From an uncultured Gemmatimonadales bacterium (lineage in GTDB: Bacteria; Gemmatimonadota; Gemmatimonadetes; Gemmatimonadales; Gemmatimonadaceae): DNA of 64,000 nucleotides. The DNA lies in assembly GCA_963850905.1 (NCBI GenBank), contig CAWKMU010000003.1, positions 832,001 to 896,000 of the forward strand, in the 5' to 3' direction. The notes beneath the pieces were generated by a model. The model ran no database searches, was not told where the DNA came from, and was given only the letters and a program-made list of their open reading frames with translations. A program made the translations under genes and the position numbers. Numbering within the stretch: the first letter of the stretch is position 1; every line of letters starts with the position of its first letter. Positions 49,989 through 62,195 of the stretch are shown here, one piece after another.

Positions 49989-50012
49989 GGGCGACGCATG
50001 CGTGGCCCCTAC
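49989..50012 (-). repeat. Family-1 REP (minus orientation)
   Basis: gggcgacgcatgcgtggcccCTAC. Confidence 0.8.
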
Positions 50013-50137
50013 CCGCCTGGGCCAGTGCGTCGTAGTCTCCTTTCTCCTTTCTGTACTTCTCCTTTCTTGAGCGCCTTAGCGCCCGCCCCCTGATCCCTGA
50101 TCCCGCCCCTTCAGGTTCAACCCCAATCCCTACCACC

Positions 50138-50920
50138 GTGCCAGACCTACTCACCCAATTCGCAACTGCGATTGCGAGCGGCGCGATCCGCGTCATCGAT
50201 CTCACGCAGCCGCTGGACCCCACGACACCGGTCATCCAATTGCCACCGGACTTCGGGAAGAGCTGGCCGTTCGAGATCGAAGAGATCTCGAAGTACGATA
50301 GCCGCGGACCGGCCTGGTACTGGAACAACTTCTCGTGCGGCGAGCACACCGGCACGCATTTCGACGCGCCAATCCACTGGGTCACCGGGAAGGACTACCC
50401 GAGCAACGCCACCGACTCGATCCCAGCCGAGAAGTTCGTCGCCCCTGCCTGCGTGGTGGATGTGTCGAAGGAAGTCGCCAAGAATGCCGATTTTCTGCTC
50501 ACGATTCAGCACATCGAGGGATGGGAGAAGACACACGGTCGCATCGAGGCCGGATCGTGGGTGCTGATGCGCACCGACTGGTCGAAGCGACGCGATCCAT
50601 CAGCATTTCTCAACATGAAAGAGGACGGTGCCCACGTACCGGGCCCGCACCCCGACCTCGTCCCTTTCCTCGCGCGTGAGCGCAACGTCATCGGCTGGGG
50701 CTCCGAGGGCGTCGGGACTGACGCCGGCCAGGCTTTCACGTTCAATCCGCCGTTCCCCTGTCACAGCATCATGCATGGCAGCAACAAGTTCGGGCTGGCC
50801 AGCCTCACGAACCTCGACAAACTGCCGCCGAAAGGCGCGATTCTGATCACGCCACCGCTCAAGATCGTTCGCGGCTCCGGGAGCCCGTGCCGGGTCCTGG
50901 CACTGGTTGGGCAGGCGTGA
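50138..50920 (+). CDS. Cyclase family amidohydrolase, isatin-hydrolase-like
   Basis: GEHTGTHFDAP (HxGTHxDxP); IQLPPDFG, WYWNNF, HWVTGKD, GTDAGQA and FGLASL recall isatin hydrolases rather than KynB (recognised from memory). Confidence 0.85.
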   Translation: MPDLLTQFATAIASGAIRVIDLTQPLDPTTPVIQLPPDFGKSWPFEIEEISKYDSRGPAWYWNNFSCGEHTGTHFDAPIHWVTGKDYPSNATDSIPAEKFVAPACVVDVSKEVAKNADFLLTIQHIEGWEKTHGRIEAGSWVLMRTDWSKRRDPSAFLNMKEDGAHVPGPHPDLVPFLARERNVIGWGSEGVGTDAGQAFTFNPPFPCHSIMHGSNKFGLASLTNLDKLPPKGAILITPPLKIVRGSGSPCRVLALVGQA

Positions 50921-50923
50921 GGG

Positions 50924-51080
50924 GGGTGACGGGTGACGGGTGACGGGTGACGGGTGACGGGTGACGGTGACGGGGAAAACGCGACGTGCACTGGCTTGTC
51001 AACCGAGCTCTACAATTACCTTCGCCTCACGATATGTTGTCGTTCCCGTCACCCGTCGCCCGTTTGCCTTTATCCGTCGC
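50924..51080. repeat. (GGGTGAC)6 tandem with a downstream inverted arm
   Basis: Six perfect units at 50924-50965; cccgtca-cccgtcg-cccgt at 51045-51063. Confidence 0.88.
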
Positions 51081-51166
51081 CCACACCTCTCGCCGCTCAG
51101 TCCCGGGACTTACTAATTAGGTAGGCCCAAACCCGCTCTCGTCCTTCCCTTTAGCCCCTCGCCACC

Positions 51167-53337
51167 ATGGCCGAGCGGTCCTTTACGAAGGAAGTCCAGA
51201 AGCTGTACCTCGGCGAGGGCGAGACCTTCCGCGGCGAGGGCATTCTCGCGGTCACCAAGGCGCTGCTCCAGTCCGGCGTGTCATACGTGGCCGGCTATCA
51301 GGGCGCGCCGATCTCGCACCTCATGGACGTCCTCACCGACGCCAACGACATCCTCGAGGAGTTGGGGGTGCATTTCGAGCACAGCGCCTCGGAGGCGACA
51401 GCGGCAGCCACACTCGCGGCGTCGGTCAACTATCCCCTGCGCGGCGCCGTCACCTTCAAGTCGACGGTGGGTACCAACGTCGCCTCTGATGCGCTTGCGA
51501 ACCTGGCGTCGGGTGGCGTCACCGGCGGGGCGCTCATCATCGTCGGCGAGGATTACGGCGACGGCTCGAGCATCATGCAGGAGCGCTCCCACGCGTTCGC
51601 GATGAAGTCGCAGATGTGGCTGCTCGATCCGCGGCCGAATCTGCCCTGATCGTGCGGGCGGTTGAAGAAGGATTCGCCCTGTCCGAGGCAACCAACACAC
51701 CGGTCATGCTCGAGCTCCGCATCCGGGCGTGCCATGTGCACGGCCAGTTCGCCGCCAAGAACAACGTCCGGCCCACCTTCACGCTCAAGGATGCCATCGA
51801 GCATCCAGTTCGCGATGTCACGCGCATCGTGTTGCCACCTGCGAGCTTTCTCCACGAGCAGGAGAAGATCCGCACGCGCTGGCCTGCGGCGCAGCAGTTC
51901 ATCCAGGATCATGCGCTCAACGAGTTCTTCGCGGCCGACGCCCGTGACTTCGGCATCATGTTGCAGGGCGGGATGTACAACGCGACCATCCGGTCGCTGG
52001 AGTTGCTCGGTCTCTCCGACGCGTTCGGCGACTCCAGGATCCCGCTGTACGTCCTGAACGTCACCTATCCGCTCGTCGAGGCTGAAGTCCAGCGGTTCTG
52101 CGCCGGTAAGCGCGGGGTGCTGGTGATCGAAGAGGGACAGCCCGACTTCATCGAGCAGAACTTGCACGCCATCCTGCGGAAGGCGGGGATGGACACGACG
52201 TTGCACGGCAAGGACATGCTGCCGATGGCGGGCGAGTACACCGGCGCCACGGTTACCAAGGGCGTCTTCGCGTTCGTGGACCGGTACGCGCCAAACCTGC
52301 TCGATCGCGCGAAGCTGCCATCCATCGTTCGCCCCGCCCCAGCCCCCACGCCTGCGCCGGGCGCCGCCACTCTGAACGTCGGGGCACAGGTGCATGCCCG
52401 CCCGCCGTCGTTCTGTACGGGGTGCCCTGAGCGACCGATTTTCGCTGCGATGAAGCTCGTGGAGCGCGAGATTGGCCAGCACCATGTCAGCTGCGACATC
52501 GGATGCCACCTGTTCTCGATTCTGCCGCCGTTCAACATCGGCGCGACGACAATGGGGTACGGACTGGGCTGGGCCGGGGCCGCCGCCCTCAACACCAAGA
52601 CGACCAATCGCCGCACGCTCGCCGTGATGGGCGACGGGGGGTTCTGGCACAATGGGCTCACGAGCGGCGTTGGCAATGCCGTCTTCAATCAGAGCGACAA
52701 TGTTTTGATCGTCGTCGACAACACCTACACCGCCGCCACCGGCGGGCAGGACATCCTGTCCTCGGCCGCCACGAATCCCATTCGCACGACACGGCTGTCG
52801 ATCGCCGATGCCGTGCGCGGCGTGGGAGTCAAGTGGGTCCGCACGATCACGAACACCTACGACGTCGCGAAGATGCGCGACACCCTGCGAGAGGCGCTCA
52901 CGACCAAGGAGCGCGGGCCGAAGGTGATCGTCGCGCAAAGCGAGTGCATGCTGAACAAGCAGCGCCGCGTCAAGCCACAGCTCGCGAAAGCAGCGCAAGA
53001 GGGCGTACGCGTCGTGCGCGAGCGATTCGGCGTCGACCCGGATACCTGCACCGGTGACCACTCGTGCATCCGGCTCTCCGGCTGTCCGTCGCTGACGGTC
53101 GCGCCCAACCCCGACCCGCTCCGCCAGGACCCGGTCGCGACGGTGATCGACAGCTGCGTCGGCTGTGGTCTGTGTGGAGAGGTCGCGCACGCCGCAGTCC
53201 TCTGCCCGTCGTTCTATCGCACCGACATCATTTCCAACCCGAGCCTCTGGGAACGCTTCGCGGGCCGTGTCAGACAGGCCGTGATTCGCATCCTGCAGCG
53301 TCGCATCGACCGCCGTTTGGCGGGGGTTTTCGGATGA
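51167..53337 (+). CDS. iorA: Indolepyruvate:ferredoxin oxidoreductase-family alpha subunit (1-nt frameshift near 51647)
   Basis: GYQGAPIS, RPPSFCTGCPER, DIGC, GDGGFWHNG..VDN (TPP motif), CTGDHSC..GCP and CVGCGLC Fe-S motifs; restoring one base gives LPSIVRAV. Confidence 0.9.
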
Positions 53338-53464
53338 CGGTTAGTAGCAAAATCAGTGGGCGACCGACGTAGTGGTTGCCCAGGCCTCCGTAACCATTAG
53401 AACCGCCTCTACCCTAACCCCTGTAGTTACGTCTCCTCTCTCCTCTCAGGAGTCCTCCTCTCTC

Positions 53465-54996
53465 GTGGCCGCTCCGCCTCAGGCGGAGCGGCCACGCGCC
53501 ACCACGGTCGCCATTCTCGCAATGGGAGGCGAAGGGGGTGGCGTGTTGGCGGATTGGATCGTGGATGTCGCCGAGCATGCCGGCTACTACGCGCAGACGA
53601 CGTCGGTCCCCGGTGTCGCCCAGCGCACCGGTGCGACGATTTACTACCTGGAGATCTTCCCCGAGGCGGCGGTCGCAAAAGCCGGCCGGCCGCCTGTACT
53701 GTCGCTCATGCCCGTGCCGGGCGAGGTCGACGTCGTCATCGCATCCGAGCTCATGGAGGCCGGCCGCGCCGTGCAACGCGGACTCGTGACCTCTGATCGC
53801 ACGACGCTGATCGCGTCGACCAATCGCGTCTACTCGATGACCGAGCGCACCGCGATGGCAGACGGCCGCGTCGACAGCGCAGCGCTCATCGAGGCGGGGG
53901 CGGCAGCCGCGAAGCGATTCGTACAAGGTGACTTCGCGCAGATCGCGGAAGAGACGCGGAGTGTCATCAGCGCGGCGCTGTTCGGCGCCCTGGCCGCGAC
54001 CAACGTGCTGCCCTTCTCGCGCGAGCAGTACGAGGAGGGGATTCGCCGTGGCGGAGTCGGGGTGACCGCCAGTCTGGCGGCTTTCGGGGCAGGGTTCGCC
54101 ATGGCCTCACAGACCACTGCGCAGCCGGCAGTGACTGCTCCAGCACCCGCGACCACCGCCGAGCCGCCTGTCGGGCCGCGGCTGTATTCGCTGGCGTCTC
54201 GTTTACAACGAGGCTTCCCCGAGGCAGCGCACGACATTCTGTTCGCCGGCATCACGCGACTTGCCGATTATCAGGATGTCCGGTATGCCACGCAGTACCT
54301 CGACCGCCTCGAGCCGATCCGCGAGGTCGACGCACATCGGAATGGGGAATGTGCGCTGCTGCGCGAGACGGGACGCCACCTGGCGCTCTGGATGGCCTAC
54401 GAGGACGCGATTCGCGTCGCGGACCTGAAGATTCGGCGGAGCCGATTCGAGCGCGTCGAGCGTGAGTCTCGAGCGAGGCCCGCCCAGCTGGTACGCATCA
54501 ACGACTTTCTTCATCCGCGCATCGAGGAGATGAGCGACATTCTGCCGGCAGGCATCGGTCGATGGCTGCTTCGCTCGCGCTGGGCAGGAGCCGTAATCGA
54601 TCGATTGACGCGCCGCGGCAAGGTCGTACCTACCACGTCGCTGCACGGGTACCTCCAGCTCTACGCGATCGCCAGCTTGCGACCGGGTCGCCGGCGATCC
54701 TTGCGGTTCGGTCGCGAGCAGGTCGCGATCGACGCGTGGCTCGCGCAGGTGCCCGCGCTGGCGGAACGAGAGTACGAGCTCGCACTCGCCGTCGCCGCAT
54801 GCCCGCGGCTACTCAAGGGCTACGGCGACACACATGCGCGCGGCCTGAAGAATTTTGATGCGGTGATGGCCGCCGTACCCGCGCTACGAGGCCGCACGGA
54901 TGCGGCGTCGCGCCTCCGCGCCCTGCAGGACGCCGCTCTCGCGGACGACACGGGAGAGAGGCTGGCCAAGGCGCTGTGCGACGTCCCGCCGGGCAC

Positions 54997-55000
<4 letters not shown>
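53465..55000 (+). CDS. iorB: Indolepyruvate oxidoreductase beta-subunit family protein (long form)
   Basis: AGGAG RBS; AMGGEGGGV, SVPGVAQRTGAT, LADYQD, WMAYED, KGYGDT. Confidence 0.88.
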
Positions 55001-57282
<2,282 letters not shown>

Positions 57283-57286
<4 letters not shown>

Positions 57287-58080
57287 CAGCGCCCACGAGC
57301 AGTCCACCAGGAGGGCTGGAGGGGAAACACGCGATCGTGACCGGCGGCGGGCGTGGTATTGGCGCGGCCATCACGCGCGCACTGTCGACACACGGCGCGC
57401 GTGTGACGATCGTCGGCCGAGATGAGAGCGCGCTGCGAACGGCGATCCAGTCGCTGGGAGATCCACGGCGCCTGCATGCGGTGCCGGGCGATGTGACGGA
57501 TGCCGAGGTGCTCGCGCGCGCCTTCGACCAGGCGCGAGCCCGATTCGGGCCGATTCAGATCCTGGTCAATAACGCCGGGCAGGCCGGTTCGGCGCCCATT
57601 CGCAAAACGGATCTCGCGCTGTGGCGCCGGCTCATGGCTGTGAACCTCGACGGCGCCTTCCACGCAACTCTGGCGGTCGTGGCCGAAATGACCGCGGCCG
57701 GGTGGGGACGCATCGTGAACATCGCAAGCACCGCTGGACTCGTCGGCTATCGCTACGTGTCGGCCTACTGTGCATCCAAGCACGGCCTGGTCGGCCTCAC
57801 ACGAGCCCTCGGTGTCGAGCTGGCCACCACAGGCGTGACGGTCAACGCGGTCTGTCCCGGCTTTACGGAGACCGATATGCTGACGGACGCGGTCACCGCG
57901 ATCGTCACGAAAACTGGCCGCACGCGGGAGCAAGCCATGGCCGATCTGTTGGCGCACAACCCCCAGCAACGACCCATTCGTCCCGACGAAGTCGCCAACG
58001 CGGTCGTCTGGCTCTGTCTCCCCGGGAGCGAAGCAGTCACCGGCCAAGCGATCGCTGTCTCTGGCGGTGAAATGACATGA
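57283..58080 (+). CDS. SDR / 3-hydroxyacyl-CoA dehydrogenase-like
   Basis: [21 protein letters not shown] overlap with the upstream gene. Confidence 0.92.
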
Positions 58081-58111
58081 GCAACCAATCTCCAAGCCCA
58101 CCAACCGTCCC

Positions 58112-58969
58112 ATGACCCGCTTCCTGCCAGGGGAACCCCACTCGCTACCCGGCAACCGCACAACGCTCGCTGAATATCAGAGCCGGCACTTTCGTTACAG
58201 CGTCAGCAACGCCGTGGCCACGATTACGCTCGACCGACCACAGCGCAAGAATCCGCTGACGTTCGATTCGTACGCGGAATTGCGAGACCTGTTCCGCGCG
58301 ATGCCGTATGCGGAAGACGTCCGAGCGATCGTGATCGCGGGGTCGGGCGAGAACTTCTGCTCCGGCGGCGATGTACATGAGATCATCGGCCCGTTGACGA
58401 AGCTCGACATGCCAGGCCTGCTCGCGTTCACGCGGATGACGGGCGATCTCGTCAAGGCGATGCGGGGAGCGCCGCAGCCCATCGTCGCCGCGATCAATGG
58501 CGTGTGCGCAGGCGCCGGAGCGATCCTGGCGCTCGCGTCCGACCTGCGCTTCGGCACCGCGCGCAGCCAGACCGCGTTCCTGTTTACGCGCGTCGGACTT
58601 GCTGGGTGTGACATGGGGGCGTGCGCGCTGCTGCCCCGTCTCATTGGCTCCGGGCGCGCGGCGGAGCTGCTGTATACCGGTCGCAGCATGAGCGGCACCG
58701 AAGCCGAGCGATGGGGATTTGTGAATCGGCTGTGCGAGCCCGCAAGCCTGCTCGGTGAAGCGCATGCCATCGCCGCGGAACTGGCGGCCGGCCCCACCTT
58801 CGCCCACGCGATGACCAAGCGCATGCTGCACCACGAGTGGAGCATGAGCATCGACGATGCGATCGACGCCGAGGCGCAGGCACAGGCCATTTGCATGGCC
58901 ACGAACGATTTTCACCGCGCCTATCACGCGTTTGTGGCGAAGCAGAAGCCGGTATTCGAGGGAAACTGA
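58112..58969 (+). CDS. Enoyl-CoA hydratase/isomerase family protein
   Basis: [37 protein letters not shown]. Confidence 0.93.
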   Translation: MTRFLPGEPHSLPGNRTTLAEYQSRHFRYSVSNAVATITLDRPQRKNPLTFDSYAELRDLFRAMPYAEDVRAIVIAGSGENFCSGGDVHEIIGPLTKLDMPGLLAFTRMTGDLVKAMRGAPQPIVAAINGVCAGAGAILALASDLRFGTARSQTAFLFTRVGLAGCDMGACALLPRLIGSGRAAELLYTGRSMSGTEAERWGFVNRLCEPASLLGEAHAIAAELAAGPTFAHAMTKRMLHHEWSMSIDDAIDAEAQAQAICMATNDFHRAYHAFVAKQKPVFEGN

Positions 58970-58972
58970 ATC

Positions 58973-60157
58973 ATGCACGGCCGAGAGCATCTCGAGTGGC
59001 CATTCTTCGAGCCGCACCACCGGGCATTCGCCGAGCGACTCGACGAATGGGCGCGCGCCCATGCCGACCCGGCGCGGCCGGCGGACATCGATGCGGCATG
59101 CCGCTCGTTGGTCCATCGCCTCGGTGAAGCCGGGTGGCTCAAACACACCGTTGGCGGGACGGCTTATGGTGGCGTGGCCGACCGAATCGATACGCGCACC
59201 GTGTCCCTCGCGCGCGAAACGCTCGCCTGGTATTCGGGGCTCGCCGATTTTGCATTCGCCATGCAGGGCCTCGGGTCCGGCGCGATCACCCTGTTTGGCA
59301 CCGACGCGCAGCGGGAGCGGTATCTCCCGGGCGTGGCGAGCGGGACCACGATTCCGGCGTTTGCGCTGTCCGAGCCGCAGGCCGGCTCCGACGTCGCTGC
59401 ACTGGAGTGCCGAGCGCGACGCGTGGGCGACGAGTACGTGCTCGACGGCGAAAAGACGTGGATCTCGAACGGAGGCATCGCGGACATCTACGTCGTGTTC
59501 GCCCGAACGGGTGAGGCGCCGGGCGCCAAGGGCATTTCTGCATTCGTGATCGACGCGGAGACGCCGGGCTTCACATGCGCCGAACGGATCGAAGTGATGG
59601 CACCGCACCCGCTGGCACGCCTGACGTTTACGGAATGTCGGATCCCGGCGACGCAGCTGTTGGGTGAAGCCGGGCGCGGGTTCGCGATTGCCATGGCCAC
59701 ACTCGACGTGTTCCGCATCTCGGTCGCCGCGGCAGCGCTCGGCTTTGCCCGCCGGGCGCTGCACGAGGCGCTCCAGCGCGCGACGTCGCGCCGGATGTTC
59801 GGCCAGACGTTGGGCGACTTCCAATTGACACAGGGCAAGGTGTCCGCGATGGTAACGGGCATCGACGCCGCCGCGCTCCTCACCTATCGCGCTGCGTGGC
59901 TCCGCGATCGAGGGCAGCGCGTCACCGTGGAAGCCGCGATGGCGAAATTGACCGCCACGGAGACCGCGCAGCAGGTGATCGACGCGGCGGTGCAGATGTG
60001 TGGCGCGTTGGGTGTCATGAGCGAGGAGCCTGTGGAACGATTGTACCGTGAAATTCGTCCGTTGCGCATTTATGAGGGCGCAAGTGAGGTACAGCAGTTG
60101 ATCATCGGGCGTGGCGTCCTGCAAGCGTATCGAGACCACGAGGCCGCGAGTGGCTGA
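58973..60157 (+). CDS. Acyl-CoA dehydrogenase
   Basis: [30 protein letters not shown]. Confidence 0.95.
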   Translation: MHGREHLEWPFFEPHHRAFAERLDEWARAHADPARPADIDAACRSLVHRLGEAGWLKHTVGGTAYGGVADRIDTRTVSLARETLAWYSGLADFAFAMQGLGSGAITLFGTDAQRERYLPGVASGTTIPAFALSEPQAGSDVAALECRARRVGDEYVLDGEKTWISNGGIADIYVVFARTGEAPGAKGISAFVIDAETPGFTCAERIEVMAPHPLARLTFTECRIPATQLLGEAGRGFAIAMATLDVFRISVAAAALGFARRALHEALQRATSRRMFGQTLGDFQLTQGKVSAMVTGIDAAALLTYRAAWLRDRGQRVTVEAAMAKLTATETAQQVIDAAVQMCGALGVMSEEPVERLYREIRPLRIYEGASEVQQLIIGRGVLQAYRDHEAASG

Positions 60158-60608
60158 GGCGCGAACGGCGCGGAAGCGATCGAGCGCTGGACAGGTCTAC
60201 CGATCGGACATCCGGATTCGGTTCGCGCACTGCGATCCCGCGGGCATCGTGTTCTTTCCGCGGTATCTGGTGATGTTCAACGACCTCGTTGAGGACTGGT
60301 GTCGCGACGAGCTCGGATTCACGTTCGCCGACATCCATACGGGGCGTGGGTGGGGACTGCCGACCGTCCGCCTGGAGGTCGATTATCTGGCACCCAGCCG
60401 GATCGGTGACCAGCTCACCGCGCATCTCAGCGTCCGCGCGATCGGCACCAGCTCGCTTCGCCTGGCGATCGTGCTCCGTGGGCCCAACGATCAAGACCGC
60501 GTCCGCGCCGAGATGGTGGTGGTGCTGACCGATCCGGGCTCCATGCGGGCCACACCGATCCCTGACGACCTGCGCAAACGCATCGCGCCGTTTCATGCGG
60601 CCGACTGA
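60150..60608 (+). CDS. Acyl-CoA thioesterase (4-HBT / hot-dog fold)
   Basis: [17 protein letters not shown]. Confidence 0.9.
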   Translation: MAEARTARKRSSAGQVYRSDIRIRFAHCDPAGIVFFPRYLVMFNDLVEDWCRDELGFTFADIHTGRGWGLPTVRLEVDYLAPSRIGDQLTAHLSVRAIGTSSLRLAIVLRGPNDQDRVRAEMVVVLTDPGSMRATPIPDDLRKRIAPFHAAD

Positions 60609-61077
60609 CCCCCGATCAGCGGCGCCGGCAGGCGGTCGGTCTGACCCAGCGCCGAGCGGGCGCGACCAGCGGCCGGCTCGCGAGTTGCTGCATCCACCCG
60701 GATGGCCGCGGCCCAAGGGCTATGCCTACGGCGTCGTCGCAGAAGGTCGGGTCGTGTGCCTGAGCGGCATCATCGGGTGGGACGCGCAGGGCCGCCTCGT
60801 CGGTGACGACCTGGTGTCGCAGACGCGCCAGGCGCTCACCACCATCGCGTCCCTCGTTCGCGAGGCGGGCGGGGCGCCGAGCGACATCGTCCGCATGACC
60901 TGGTACGTCGTCGACAAACGGGAATATCTCGCCGCGCAGGAACCCCTGGGCGCCGCGTATCGAGACATCATCGGCCGGCATTTCCCGGCGATGACCGTCG
61001 TCGAGGTCGCGGGACTCCTCGAGGACCGCGCGCGCGTCGAGATCGAGGCGACCGCCATCCTGGGGGGAACGAGTTGA
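60595..61077 (+). CDS. RidA/YjgF family protein
   Basis: PPGWPRPKGYAYG, DIVRMTWYV, FPAMT, VEIEATA. Confidence 0.9.
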   Translation: MRPTDPRSAAPAGGRSDPAPSGRDQRPARELLHPPGWPRPKGYAYGVVAEGRVVCLSGIIGWDAQGRLVGDDLVSQTRQALTTIASLVREAGGAPSDIVRMTWYVVDKREYLAAQEPLGAAYRDIIGRHFPAMTVVEVAGLLEDRARVEIEATAILGGTS

Positions 61078-61454
61078 ATACCGATATCGTGCAGCGCCTG
61101 ATCGACGCGTACAACGCCATGGACGCGGACGCCTTGCGCCCGCTGCTCGACGCGGAGGCGAAGCACTCAGCGCCGGGATCGGATTTTGGGGCCGACCTCG
61201 TTGGGTCGCAGAAGATCATCGAGTACTTTCGCACCGGAGTCTTCCCCGCATTTCACTCGGTCCGGTTCGAGGTCGTGCACATGTACGAAGACCAGCGGCA
61301 GGGGGCCGTCGTGGTGGAGTGGCGCAGCCACCTCGAGCCCAAGAGCGGCCGGAACTACAGCAACACCGGCGTCTTCGTCATCGACCTCGCGGGCGGGAAG
61401 ATCGTGTGGGTGCGCGAGTATTTCGATACCGAGAAGTCTCACGCCAACGTGTGA
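61074..61454 (+). CDS. NTF2/SnoaL-like protein
   Basis: TTG start overlapping the upstream stop; IDAYNAMD..L, GKIVWVREYFD. Confidence 0.85.
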   Translation: MNTDIVQRLIDAYNAMDADALRPLLDAEAKHSAPGSDFGADLVGSQKIIEYFRTGVFPAFHSVRFEVVHMYEDQRQGAVVVEWRSHLEPKSGRNYSNTGVFVIDLAGGKIVWVREYFDTEKSHANV

Positions 61455-61466
61455 TCGCTAGGCCGA

Positions 61467-62192
61467 ATGCCGACTGACCTCAAGAATCGGACGGCCATCG
61501 TCACGGGCGCGGCCCGCGGCCTCGGCCTCGTGATCGCCGAAGATCTCGCGCGCGAAGGCATGCGCGTCGCGGGCGTCGACATCCGGAGCGAGGAATTGGT
61601 GCGCGCCATGGCGGATATCGCGCAACGGCACAGCGTCGAAACGCTCGCGTTCCCAGCGGATGTCGGCGACGAGAAGTCGGTCAAGCACGTGATCGGCGAG
61701 GTACGGCGCCGGTGGGATCGGATCGACGTGCTCGTGAATAACGCGGGCATCCGGCAGATCGCGCCCGTGTGGGACGCGTCGACCGAGCTCTGGGACCGCG
61801 TGCACAACACGAACCTCAAGGGGCCGTTCTTGTTCACGCGCGAGGTGCTCGCGCAGGACATGCGCGCACGCGGCGAGGGCGTGATCATTTTCATTTCGTC
61901 CGGGTCGGGGAAGAAGGGCGAGGAAGACAGCTCGGCCTACTGCGCGTCGAAGTGGGGACTCCTGGGATTCTCCGAGTCCGTCGCCAAGGACCTCAAGAAG
62001 ACGCGCATTCGTGTGACCGCGTTGACGCCCGGCATGATTCTCACGCCCATGGCCGAAGAATCCGAGGTCTGGCATCTCGGACTCGACTGGTTGGATCCCG
62101 CGCCCGTCTCTCAGGCCGTCGTGTTCTGCATCAAGCAAGATCCGGACACGATCATACCCGAGCTGCGCATATATCATAGGGCGCAGGTATAG
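61467..62192 (+). CDS. SDR family oxidoreductase
   Basis: TGAARGLG, NNAG, YCASK. Confidence 0.9.
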   Translation: MPTDLKNRTAIVTGAARGLGLVIAEDLAREGMRVAGVDIRSEELVRAMADIAQRHSVETLAFPADVGDEKSVKHVIGEVRRRWDRIDVLVNNAGIRQIAPVWDASTELWDRVHNTNLKGPFLFTREVLAQDMRARGEGVIIFISSGSGKKGEEDSSAYCASKWGLLGFSESVAKDLKKTRIRVTALTPGMILTPMAEESEVWHLGLDWLDPAPVSQAVVFCIKQDPDTIIPELRIYHRAQV

Positions 62193-62195
62193 GGG

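Noticed and set aside
48307..50385. Long antisense ORFs (e.g. 48307-50385, 58145-60139, 51553-53190, 19393-20838)
   Set aside because: They are shadow ORFs opposite well-supported genes in high-GC DNA and show no motifs.
44065..50920. Plain kynA-kynU-kynB annotation
   Set aside because: Not excluded, but gene symbols were withheld because the TDO loop, the cyclase subtype and the missing ligase deviate from the canonical pathway.
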